Below are positions 18,939 to 29,028 of a stretch of 64,000 nt of DNA, piece after piece. Each line of letters begins with the position of its first letter. Within the stretch, counting starts at the first letter, position 1. The DNA is from Candidatus Calescibacterium sp. (lineage in GTDB: Bacteria > Calescibacteriota > Calescibacteriia > Calescibacteriales > Calescibacteriaceae), in the NCBI GenBank assembly GCA_032249135.1, contig JAVVGL010000001.1, positions 96,001 through 160,000 of the forward strand. The letters are read 5' to 3'. The translations under genes and the position numbers were made by a program. Under the pieces are notes generated by a model. The model was not told the origin of the DNA. It searched no databases and saw nothing but the letters and a program-made list of their open reading frames with translations.

Positions 18939-20117
18939 ATGGCTGATCTCAAAAAGATTGCTGAAAAGCTTTTTATTAACACATACACAAGATACCCAAT
19001 TTTAATCCAAAAAGCAAAAGGGGTTTTTATCTACTCAGAAGGCAAAGAATATCTTGACCTTATAGGAGGAATAGGCGTAATCGCTCTTGGACACTCAAAC
19101 AAAGAAGTTCTAAAAGAGATAAAAAGACAACTCAACCTTTTTATGCATGTATCAAATTTGTTTTGGCAAGAACCGCAAATCAAATTCGCTAATGAATTCT
19201 TGAAGACTTTGGATGGTAATTACAGAATATTTCTTTCTAATTCAGGAGCAGAAGCTGTTGAAGCTGCTTTAAAATTTGCGAAACTCCCTTTTAGCGAAAG
19301 CAAAAGAGGATTTCTTGCTTTCTACGGAAGCTTTCACGGAAGAACTCACGGAGCTTTATCTGCAACATGGAAAGAAGATTTCAGGAAACCTTTCTCCCCT
19401 CTCCTTCCAAACTTCAACTTTGTTGAATATGGGAATTTAGAGCAGGTTGAAAATGAATTGAAGAAAAACACATACTGTGCCGTTATAGTAGAACCAATTC
19501 AGGGAGAGGCAGGCGTTATATCTCCACCTCCCGGATTTTTGTATGAGTTGAAAAAATTATGTGAAAGATATGAAACGCTCCTTATAGTAGATGAAATACA
19601 AACAGGAGTTGGAAAAACAGGGAAATTCTGGGCCTACGAATGGGAAAATATAAAGCCAGACATTTTAGTTTCAGCAAAAGCAATAGGAGGAGGTTTGCCG
19701 CTGGGGGTCACAGCAGTATCAGAAGAAATATCAAGACTTGTAAAACCTGGAATGCATGCTTCAACTTTCGGCGGAAATCCCATATCTTGTGCAGCAGGTA
19801 AAGTCGTAATAAAAAAAGTAAATTCTAAAAAACTTCTAAAAGATGTTTTGTCAAAAGGAGAATATCTGAAAAAAGAGCTAAAAAAAATTGGGTTTGAAGT
19901 TGAAGGAAAAGGGTTGATGTTGGGAGTAAAACTTGGAGAAATAAAAAGAGAACCACAAGACATAAGAGATTTCTTTCTTAAAAGAAAAATAATAGTAAAT
20001 GTTATAAAGACTCATCTTGGGGAAACGAAGATAAGAATTTTGCCTCCTCTTATCATATCAAAAAAAGAATTGGATTTGTTTTTGGAAGCTGTGGAAGAAC
20101 TCAAAAGGACTTTATGA
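18939..20117 (+). CDS. argD: Acetylornithine aminotransferase (class III)
   Basis: NSGAEAVE, SFHGRT, EPIQGEAG, DEIQTG, AKAIGGG, HASTFGGNP. Confidence 0.88.
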   Translation: MADLKKIAEKLFINTYTRYPILIQKAKGVFIYSEGKEYLDLIGGIGVIALGHSNKEVLKEIKRQLNLFMHVSNLFWQEPQIKFANEFLKTLDGNYRIFLSNSGAEAVEAALKFAKLPFSESKRGFLAFYGSFHGRTHGALSATWKEDFRKPFSPLLPNFNFVEYGNLEQVENELKKNTYCAVIVEPIQGEAGVISPPPGFLYELKKLCERYETLLIVDEIQTGVGKTGKFWAYEWENIKPDILVSAKAIGGGLPLGVTAVSEEISRLVKPGMHASTFGGNPISCAAGKVVIKKVNSKKLLKDVLSKGEYLKKELKKIGFEVEGKGLMLGVKLGEIKREPQDIRDFFLKRKIIVNVIKTHLGETKIRILPPLIISKKELDLFLEAVEELKRTL

Positions 20118-20136
20118 ACAGCATCAGATAGCAATA

Positions 20137-21015
20137 TCAGTATGGTTTGCATACGAAAACAAATTTGAAATATTTTTTCAGCTTTTCCGCCGTATCTTTA
20201 GCTGTTTTCTCATCAAAAAAAATGGAGAAAAAAGTTGAACCAGAACCCGTAAGATAGAAATTTCCAAATTGAGAGAGAAACTTTTTGATTTTCTCTCCAT
20301 CTTTATACAAACTCAAAAAAGGTTCTTCAAGGTCGTTCTTACCCAAAATCCCAGAAAAGAAATCAAAAGAAATTTCATTTAAGTTAAGTATGTGATCAAC
20401 CAAATCTCTCTTTTTTGAGATATCCAATAGGTCTTTTGAGTGAATTTTATCAAACTGGTCATAAACTTTTTTTGTTTCAGATATTATCTCCGGCCAAACT
20501 AATACATAGAAAAACTCGTTTCTTCTTTCTATCTTTATTTCTTTCACCTTTTCTCCTCTTCCATAAATCAAGACAGGTCTTTCAGACAAAAACAGAGGAA
20601 CATCAGAGCCGATGGATTCAGCAATTTCTCTGCTTTTCCGTTCATCTATTGCATATTTTTTTGAAAGTTCTTTTATAAGGACTCCGCTATCAGAAGAAGC
20701 ACCTCCCAACCCAGCCCCCGGTGGTATTCTCTTCCTTACAACAACTCTGAACCTTTTTCCAGTTATATGAGAGATGAGATTCAAAGTTTTAGAGACGGAA
20801 TTGTTCTGTGGTATTTCCCATAAAGAATCAAAACTCACAATATTTTCTCTTTCGTTTATTTCTTCAACATCAATTTCATCAAACAAAGAGATAGTATCAA
20901 CACAAGATAAAATTTCATGGTAGCCTGATTCCATCTTTCCAAGAACAAAAAGAAAAAGATTTATTTTAGCTGGACACAAAAGACGCATTCTAAATGGAGC
21001 CGAGCTTTTTTCCAT
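20137..21015 (-). CDS. ispE: 4-diphosphocytidyl-2-C-methyl-D-erythritol kinase
   Basis: PAKINLFL, KRIPPGAGLGGASSD, GSDVPLF, NDLE, LTGSGST. Confidence 0.93.
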   Translation of the reverse strand: MEKSSAPFRMRLLCPAKINLFLFVLGKMESGYHEILSCVDTISLFDEIDVEEINERENIVSFDSLWEIPQNNSVSKTLNLISHITGKRFRVVVRKRIPPGAGLGGASSDSGVLIKELSKKYAIDERKSREIAESIGSDVPLFLSERPVLIYGRGEKVKEIKIERRNEFFYVLVWPEIISETKKVYDQFDKIHSKDLLDISKKRDLVDHILNLNEISFDFFSGILGKNDLEEPFLSLYKDGEKIKKFLSQFGNFYLTGSGSTFFSIFFDEKTAKDTAEKLKKYFKFVFVCKPY

Positions 21016-21138
21016 CTTTCCATATTTAAAACTTTATAAACTCAATTTTATTGAAATTTATCTGAACTCAATAGTTTAACAAAAATATTCTTTTCAAATA
21101 AAAATTTATGAATAGAAAACAAGAAAGGAGGTAAAAAA

Positions 21139-21927
21139 ATGTTTGATGGAAAGGTTGTAATGATTACAGCGGCATCTCGTGGAATAGGTTTAGCGACGGC
21201 AAAAAAGTTCTGTGAAAACGGAGCCAAAGTGTTTTTGACATCACGAAAAGAAGAAAATCTAAAAGCAGCGGTCGAAGAAATAAAAAATGACCTTGAGAAA
21301 AAAGGTTTAAAAATTGGAGAAAATTATGAAGTTGATTTCTGTGTAGCTCACAGTGGAAATCCTCAAGATGTTAAGAATGCAGTTGAAACATGTTGGAAAA
21401 GGTTTGGCAAAATTGATATTCTTGTAAATAACTCCGCAACAAATCCCGCTATACTACCAATTCATGAAACCTCAGATGAACTCTGGGAAAAAATAATAAG
21501 CGTAAGTTTGACAGGGAACTTTGTAGCTTCAAGGGAGGTAGCAAAAAGGATGATAGAGAACAAAATAAAGGGTTGCATAATAAATGTAGCTTCTGTTGCT
21601 GGACTGCAAGCAACTCCAGGTCTTGGAGTTTATGCAATAGCCAAAGCCGGACTTATATCTATGACAAAAACTATGGCTGTTGAGCTTGCAGGATTTGGAA
21701 TAAGAGTAAATGCAGTAGCTCCCGGAATTATAAGGACAAAATTCTCAAAGGTTCTTGTAGATATGTTTGAGTCAGGTGGCGGAGCAGAAAACCCGCTTTT
21801 GAGAATACCTTTGGGGAGGGTCGGGGAACCAGAGGAAGTAGCAGAGCTTATTCTTTTCCTTGCATCAGATAAAGCAAGCTACATAACCGGATCCGTATTC
21901 ACAATAGACGGAGGTTCAACTGCTTAA
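21139..21927 (+). CDS. Short-chain dehydrogenase/reductase
   Basis: [23 protein letters not shown]; strong AGGAGG SD. Confidence 0.93.
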   Translation: MFDGKVVMITAASRGIGLATAKKFCENGAKVFLTSRKEENLKAAVEEIKNDLEKKGLKIGENYEVDFCVAHSGNPQDVKNAVETCWKRFGKIDILVNNSATNPAILPIHETSDELWEKIISVSLTGNFVASREVAKRMIENKIKGCIINVASVAGLQATPGLGVYAIAKAGLISMTKTMAVELAGFGIRVNAVAPGIIRTKFSKVLVDMFESGGGAENPLLRIPLGRVGEPEEVAELILFLASDKASYITGSVFTIDGGSTA

Positions 21928-21986
21928 ATTTAAATGATCACAAGTCTACAAAAATATATTTTTTAGATTTGATTTTTCTTTTCTTA

Positions 21987-23601
21987 TTATGTTGACCCTC
22001 TTATTATGTCATTTAAAGTTTCGTTTTCTTGCTTCTTTTTAGCTTCACAAATATTACCAGTTGATTTAAACAATATCCAATTTTTATCAACTATTTTTTC
22101 AATTTCTACATCGTGCTCACAGGAGCAAACTTCATTTAAATAAACATTTACTTTTATAACCCTATTATCTTGCTTTCTGACATCAGCTGATATAATTCCA
22201 GATGTTAAATTTTGACAATATTTTACTGCTTTTACATTTTTGAGATTAATTTGGATTTCCGTTCCATCTCTCTTTGCTATTTTTATTTTCCCATTAACCT
22301 TGAACTCATTCATGCCTTCCTTTACAATACTCAAGTTATGAGAATATAGTTTGATCGTCTTAGCTTCTACTTTTACATAGTTCGTGATGGAGAGAAAAAA
22401 AGTTTTATTATCTTGCGTACTCTCTTTTTGAATTTTTTCGTATCTATAAAACTCCCCTGAAAATGAGGTTACAGGTGATGAAAGCGAAATGTTTGCCCTT
22501 ATTTCCCTTGATACAAAAGTTGGATTTTTACTGCTCTCTTTTTTGAAAGTACCATCTAAGGTTAATCTTTCACCATCTTCCGTCCTTACCCTAAGATTTT
22601 CTACACTGATAATTAAGTTCGGAGAACCAACTTTTCCTTTTTCAGCTGATATCTTTCCGCTTTCTACTATGAAATTTTCTCTATCTTTTTTATAGCTTAC
22701 GCTCTCAAAGGTTCTTGTAACCGAAACCTCATAAGATGATAGTTGCACTTGAGTTTTCACTATTCCCGACATCTCAACTCCTTCCTGTGTATCCGATATA
22801 TTCATATTACTGAGCTCAATTTTTATACTACCTATTTTTGTAGTTGAATACATTGCTACCTCACCCGATACTTGCCCGCCATGAAAGGTTACACTCTTGT
22901 CTCCATTTTCAAGCTTAACATTAACTACACTGAAGGAAAAACTATAATTATTTTTTAATAGTTCCCCTTGGAAAGATACATATATCGTTCCTGATACCAA
23001 ATAATCTTTTAAACTACATCCCAATATTTTGATTTCACAATATGTCATCTGCGGGATCAAACAAGAATTTTGCTCATTTTCCTGATCTATACAGAGTAGT
23101 ACCGAAACCAAAAGAGATGAGTATTTATCTACCAATCTATTAGCATATTTTAACCTTGATTCAATATTGTCAAATTTTTGAAGGATTTCATCTGATACAA
23201 AATTTCTGACAGCTTTCTTTACAGAAAGCTCCTCATATATTTCTTCTTTTACTTTCTCCTCTTCATTTTCTACTTCATCCTTTGGTGAAATTGAAGCTGT
23301 CCCCCAAGGATGTTTCAATAAGATCAGGATTTAGCTCACTTTCAGAAATAATCCCTAATTCACCCAGCAGTAAATCTCGTATTTGTAGAAACTCTTTTTC
23401 TTCCTCCGGATGTAGATAAAATGTATCAGTTACACTTGTCCCGCTCACATTATTGTTTCCTGTCTCCCGTTCTGATCCGCAACATGATCTCAAAGCTGCG
23501 AAAGTCCATGCAATTTCGTGACTGTTAACACTAAAAATAAAAAGAAATAAAATCCACAGATAAATAATTTCCTTTCTAAGCCTTGATATAAACATTCTCA
23601 T
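21987..23601 (-). pseudogene. Secreted beta-rich hypothetical protein split by one frameshift
   Basis: 23275..23601 carries a hydrophobic N-terminus. Removing one G from the G5 tract (plus-strand ccccc 23301-23305) joins it to 21987..23318 as ...ETSLGTASISPKDEVE. Confidence 0.6.
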
Positions 23602-23890
23602 TTTCTTCTTTTATATTAACCTATGTGTAAATATAAATTTTAGATTTAAAATTTTTAGATTTAAAATTTGAAAATAATTGCTTTCTGATGCTTCATTTTC
23701 TTTTTTCAATCTTTTGGTAGCAACTGCTAAGCATAGTAAAGCATGAAAAACCAAACTTGCATAAGAAGAATTAAAGTCTTTTATTGGGCTTATACCATGA
23801 AATATATTGTTGCAAATATTTGCAATAAATTAATCGGTTAGTGTGAAGTGCTCAAGACTATCTTGTTGCATTTGAAAGTTCAGATAAGCT

Positions 23891-24364
23891 TTATTTGTAA
23901 TTAAGCATAAAATTGTCTCTAAAATCAACTTGAACACCTAAATCTCTTAACTTTTTGGCTAACTTTGTGTCTGTTGTTATAATGATTGGTTCTTCATTTA
24001 TTTTCCTTTTCAGATAAAAATAGGCTTTGACAATATAATGATCATCAGGATGATTTCTTTAAGAATATGACTATATTCTTGAACTTCTATGTTCAATTCG
24101 TCAAGCGTAATAATCTCTACCTTTTGAGGGTTACGGAGAAAAGAACCGTTAAGAAATTTAATTTTTTTCTTTAATTCGAGATCAAATGAAGACTTCTTAC
24201 AAAGTTTATAGTACTTATGGATAAATTTTGAGCCCAAAATCCAAGAAATCTTATCACATTTTTCTTTCATCTTCTCCAAAAATGCATAACTTTCTTTCTG
24301 TTTTTCTCTTCCGTTATCTCCATGCAAATCATGGATTATCCATTCATCATAAAATAAGGAGCAT
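23891..24364 (-). pseudogene. PIN-domain (VapC-like) protein with two compensating frameshifts
   Basis: ATG 24364 MLLI, +1 shift into DEWIIHDLHG (frame of ORF 24010..24327), -1 shift near 24055 into HPDDHYIVKAY...IITTDTKLAKKL...TAA 23891; 474 nt total. Confidence 0.7.
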
Positions 24365-24371
24365 TTCCTTC

Positions 24372-25541
24372 CTATTCTTTTATGCCGAGCATAATTTTTA
24401 AGTCTTCAAGTTCAGCTGAAATAAATGATTCAAGTCCACCTTCAACTTGCCCTTTTTCATTTGCTTTTTGCTCTCTCAAAATTGTTTCCTTACCTTTCTT
24501 TTCTACCAAGTAGAGTTTTACATCAGCAGGTGTTATGAGTTTTTCTACGATTGCTGTTAGAAGCGAAGAGACAAAAAGCTCCGAATGTGTCACAATTATA
24601 AACTGTTTTTCTTCTTCTTTTGAGATTGAAATTATTGTTCTCACAAGAGCTCTTATAACTTTTGGATGAAGATGAATCTCTGGTTCTTCAATCAGAATAG
24701 TTTTTATTTCTGGTCTATGAACCTTTGCAAGTATGAAAACAACTTGATTTACTCCAAATCCATCATTTACAAGGTCTGTTGGGGTTCGCGTTATTTTATC
24801 TGTTGTCTTAAAATATGCTATCGCTGTGCCGGGTGGAGTATGCAGTCTAAAATCACGATTGAGAATTTTTTCAAGGTCGACGGAAATTTTCGGAGCTAAA
24901 TTTGGATCATTTATAATAATCGTTGCAACTTCATCCTCCGTAGTTGGATTTGCTGAAACCGCAGAGGGTGAATAGAAAGGTTTGAAAAAACCTCTTTTGT
25001 GTGGGACTATATCTACGCTATCAAGTACTGATGTTATAGAATTTAACTTTTCTGCAATTTCTCTTGCTCTTTGCTGATTTTGAGAGGTCGGAGTTTTCGG
25101 AACAACACTTGAAGTTATGCCATTCCAATTTACTGTGAATTCTTGGTCAAAGTCAAAAGCGAAATTTTTGTTCAGTGGATAAGGTATTGAGAAATCTCCA
25201 CTCATTTCAAATTTATTCCATATCTGTTTTATTTTAGCTTGATTTTTCTTAAAAATAACTTCATATTCTGCATCTTTGAGAGAAAATCCGATTTTTATTT
25301 CTCCTTTTGGGTCATGGTTGAAAACACAGGAATCAAATCCTCCAAGATTTAAAAATCCAAGATTAAAAAATGCATCAACATGCTGATTTGGATTTTTGAC
25401 GAAGTTTTTGAGTACTAAAAGTGAGTATAAGACAGATGATTTTCCGGTTGCAGTTTCACCATAAATCAAATTTATTTTTGATAGCTCAATTTCCTGGTCT
25501 CTGATAGACCTGAAACCCGAGATTTTTATTTTTGTTAGCAT
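24372..25541 (-). CDS. ABC-type AAA_15/DUF3696-like ATPase
   Basis: IKISGFRSI, Walker A GETATGKS, DGFGVNQ signature, Walker B ILIEEPEIHLHP, H-loop VTHS. Confidence 0.88.
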   Translation of the reverse strand: MLTKIKISGFRSIRDQEIELSKINLIYGETATGKSSVLYSLLVLKNFVKNPNQHVDAFFNLGFLNLGGFDSCVFNHDPKGEIKIGFSLKDAEYEVIFKKNQAKIKQIWNKFEMSGDFSIPYPLNKNFAFDFDQEFTVNWNGITSSVVPKTPTSQNQQRAREIAEKLNSITSVLDSVDIVPHKRGFFKPFYSPSAVSANPTTEDEVATIIINDPNLAPKISVDLEKILNRDFRLHTPPGTAIAYFKTTDKITRTPTDLVNDGFGVNQVVFILAKVHRPEIKTILIEEPEIHLHPKVIRALVRTIISISKEEEKQFIIVTHSELFVSSLLTAIVEKLITPADVKLYLVEKKGKETILREQKANEKGQVEGGLESFISAELEDLKIMLGIKE

Positions 25542-25898
25542 AACTTTTTACCATAAGCTCACCTTTTCACATTTCTTCTTTTTACAATTTCTCCTTTACC
25601 TTCAATTTTATAAAATTTATAATTTTTTCTGCTAATGAATCAAGTTCGGATTTTCTTTGATACTTATCAGCTTTTCTTTTTCATCGTATTCAGGTCTTAC
25701 ATTTTCTGAATACTTTCAGAATCAACGGAGTTTCAGTGCAGAAATAGAAAATATCATCTATTCATCTTATTCATAAAGAGAAAATTTCTACACCATTACT
25801 ATCTATCTTTCTTCCCTCCACTTGCTTCTTATATTTTCTGCATTTTCACAGAAAGCTTAAAAATTTTTTTGCTCGTGATTATCTAATATAAGCTATTT

Positions 25899-27161
25899 TT
25901 AATTTGTGCTTTTGTCTATCAAAATCTCCATAAATACTACCCATTGAGCTCCAATATGCGCCGGAAAAATTTTAAATCTTTTGACATTACAATGATTAGC
26001 TAAATATTGCTGTAATGGTTCGTAAATTCCAGAAAAGAAAGAATGAATGATCAATAAAAGTATATATTTAATTGGTCTATTCGGAACAAATCCACTTATA
26101 GATTTAAATTTTTCTATTGATCTTTGTATAAACATCTTCAAATCTTTTTTCACCAGATAGAACTCATCATCACTATCACGAGAAGACGGATATATAGATA
26201 TTGCAACATTAATAAAATTAATGGAAGAATTTTCTCTTTTAGATAAATTTTCTAATCCAACAAAGTAGTATCTTTTTACAAATTCCCTGACGCTCTCATC
26301 TTTGATAACATCTTTGTCATCAGCGACCTCTAAAAAAATCATATTAGCCTGCTCACTAATAACCGGTAAGATATACCAATTTATTATTACTTCCTGACTA
26401 AAAGCAAAATTATTTTTTCTCCTCCTTAATTCCTCATAACATTTCCTTATTCTTTCTTCTTCCTCCTGAACCATTTTCTCCATTTCTTTTTTTACATCAT
26501 CGTAACATGTTTTTTCTACTATTGCTTTTACTTTTTGCCTCAATTCCTTTATTAGTTCCTCTGGATCATTATCCGGAGCTTCTCTTATTTCTCTTTCCAT
26601 TTCTCTCACTTCATCTATCTTTTCCTTTATTTTTTTCTCTATTTCTCCTTTTCTTTTCTTTAATCTTTCTATAAATTCTTTGACAAATTTATCACCTAGT
26701 ATAGATGGGATTATTGAAAATTCCCTTGTTATATTTTTAAATAGGATATTAAGATGACATTCAACTCCCAAATAGCTAATTTCTAATTCAAAAAGTTTCA
26801 AAGGAGCTAAACTTTCACCATAGCCAATATCAATATATTCTTCCGCTTCTAAAATTCCTTTTTTCCGAAGTATACTAAGCGCTTTATCTCCTTTAACACC
26901 TTGTGAATCCGGTGGGTATAATTCCTTTAACTCCACTGCAATATCAAAATTTACATCAGGAAAACGAAAGTAGAAATCTGGTGCCGGATTGCCCTTTAAA
27001 TTTCCAGAATCTGTATAATCTGGTAGATTATATGAAAAGAGCTCCTCTCTATCCGGTAAGCTATAATTTCCTTCTTCATTAATGAATCTAAGAAAATCCT
27101 CAGCACACCTGAGAAAAACCGAGATTTCCTCCATTTTTTTCTTGTTCTCTCCCATACGCAT
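25899..27161 (-). CDS. Hypothetical protein with PD-(D/E)XK-like motif and central coiled coil
   Basis: 420-aa ORF; PAPDFYF...IAVELKEL near the N-terminus; E/K-rich helical middle. Confidence 0.6.
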   Translation of the reverse strand: MRMGENKKKMEEISVFLRCAEDFLRFINEEGNYSLPDREELFSYNLPDYTDSGNLKGNPAPDFYFRFPDVNFDIAVELKELYPPDSQGVKGDKALSILRKKGILEAEEYIDIGYGESLAPLKLFELEISYLGVECHLNILFKNITREFSIIPSILGDKFVKEFIERLKKRKGEIEKKIKEKIDEVREMEREIREAPDNDPEELIKELRQKVKAIVEKTCYDDVKKEMEKMVQEEEERIRKCYEELRRRKNNFAFSQEVIINWYILPVISEQANMIFLEVADDKDVIKDESVREFVKRYYFVGLENLSKRENSSINFINVAISIYPSSRDSDDEFYLVKKDLKMFIQRSIEKFKSISGFVPNRPIKYILLLIIHSFFSGIYEPLQQYLANHCNVKRFKIFPAHIGAQWVVFMEILIDKSTN

Positions 27162-27422
27162 TTAGTGTTTTTCCTTCTTCATTAGTTATAAATGTTAGAT
27201 CTAAAGTATCAAACTTTAAATTCCCTCTTTCCCTCATATTACACAATTTATAAAAACATTTTATATTTTAAACAACACTAAAAACTTTATTTACATATCC
27301 AATTGCTGAAAGCTTCAACTAAAATATTCCTACAAGATTGGTAAAACTTAAATTATAAGACTTAAAGATATAAAATTATAGAGTAGTGAATCTGAAGAAC
27401 CGAAAATTGAGGCCGGATTAAA

Positions 27423-28964
27423 ATGAAAAAAATAGGAAACAAAAATATCGTAGATCAGAACGAAGATAAAAGAAAAATGAAAATAGAAAAAAAAATATAC
27501 GCTATGATGTTTGATTTTGATGGAACACTGGCGGATACAGAAAAACTTCATTATCTTGCATTCAAAAAAGTTCTTGAGAAACTCAAAATTGAACTCTCAT
27601 GGGATGACTACATGAAAAAATATCTTGCTTACACAGACTATGACTTTTTCAAAGTCATCGCAAAAGAACAGGAAGAAAAAGGAGTAATATCACTAAAAGA
27701 AGAAGATATAAAATCTTTATGCGAAGAAAAGAAAAAATATTTTAGCGAATTTTTAAAAAGAGGAGAAGTTGAGCTTTATTCCGGTGTAAAAGAATTTATA
27801 GAATATGTTGGCTCAAAATATCCAATATGCATAGTTTCAGGAGCTCTTAAAGATGAAATAATCCCCGTACTTGAAAAAAATGGAATATTGAAATTCTTCA
27901 AGTTCATTGTATCATCAGAAGACTATAAAGAAGGCAAACCTTCAACTGAACCTTTTGATGTCGCAATAAAAAAGTTCGAAGAAATGGGAGTAGAAATTTC
28001 AAGAGATGGGACAATCGCGTTTGAAGACTCAATATATGGAGTAATTTCCGCAAAAAAATCCGGATTTTTAGTTGTAGCGGTAAAAAATTTCTATCCAGAA
28101 GATGAACTCAAAAAAAATGGAGCAGATATAGTAATAGATGGATTCTCAAACCCGCAAAAAATAGAAGAAGAAATAAAAACGAAAATTTCACAAAGAGTTT
28201 TTGATGGCGAAAGAGTTCTACTCGTTCCTGAAGGAAAAGATAAAACTTTCATGTTCAAAGCTCAATTCAACAATTCTCTCCACACACATATAGGAATAAT
28301 AAGAGGAAAAGATGTTGTAGGAAAATTTTATGGAGAGTATGTCCTTTCTTCAAAAGAAAAAAAATTTTACATACTTGAACCCGTATTACCCGATAGAATA
28401 ATGAAACTGAAAAGAAAGAGCGCAATTATATATCCAAAAGATAGCGCATTTATGATTTTCATTGCAGGAATAGGTCCCGGAAGCAAAGTTATAGAAACAG
28501 GATGCGGTTCAGGTGGATTGACAATTGCCCTTGCACACTTTGTAAAACCTCACGGAAAAGTATTCACATACGAAATAAGGGATGACTTCATTCAACTACT
28601 CAAAGAAAACCTTGAAGAAAATAACCTCACCCAATATGTTGAAATAAAAAAGAGAGATGTTTATAAAGAAGGATTTGATGAAAAAAATGTTGATGCTGTA
28701 TTTTTAGACCTACCAGAACCTTGGCACTGTATAAGATTTGCGTGGGAATCTTTGAAACCGTCAGGCGTACTTATATCTATTTCTCCAACAGTAAATCAAA
28801 CAGAAATAATGTGTGAGCTGATGAGAAGAAACGGTTTTATATTGGTTGATACCTATGAAGTTCTTGTAAGAAGGTTTTTAGCAAGAGAAGGAAAATCAAG
28901 ACCTTATGAAAATATGATTGCTCACACAGCTTACATATCAGCGGGAAGAAAAGTGATGATGTAA
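27423..28964 (+). CDS. trmI: HAD phosphatase fused to tRNA (adenine-N1)-methyltransferase TrmI
   Basis: HAD DFDGTL, GKP, FEDSIYG; TrmI IIYPKD, ETGCGSGGLT, FLDLPEPW, HTAY. Alternative start 27477. Confidence 0.88.
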   Translation: MKKIGNKNIVDQNEDKRKMKIEKKIYAMMFDFDGTLADTEKLHYLAFKKVLEKLKIELSWDDYMKKYLAYTDYDFFKVIAKEQEEKGVISLKEEDIKSLCEEKKKYFSEFLKRGEVELYSGVKEFIEYVGSKYPICIVSGALKDEIIPVLEKNGILKFFKFIVSSEDYKEGKPSTEPFDVAIKKFEEMGVEISRDGTIAFEDSIYGVISAKKSGFLVVAVKNFYPEDELKKNGADIVIDGFSNPQKIEEEIKTKISQRVFDGERVLLVPEGKDKTFMFKAQFNNSLHTHIGIIRGKDVVGKFYGEYVLSSKEKKFYILEPVLPDRIMKLKRKSAIIYPKDSAFMIFIAGIGPGSKVIETGCGSGGLTIALAHFVKPHGKVFTYEIRDDFIQLLKENLEENNLTQYVEIKKRDVYKEGFDEKNVDAVFLDLPEPWHCIRFAWESLKPSGVLISISPTVNQTEIMCELMRRNGFILVDTYEVLVRRFLAREGKSRPYENMIAHTAYISAGRKVMM

Positions 28965-29028
28965 ATTTTTTGGAAGATAAAACTTTGAAGAAAAATAAAA
29001 TCTCGGAACAATTTTCAAAATAAAAAGC

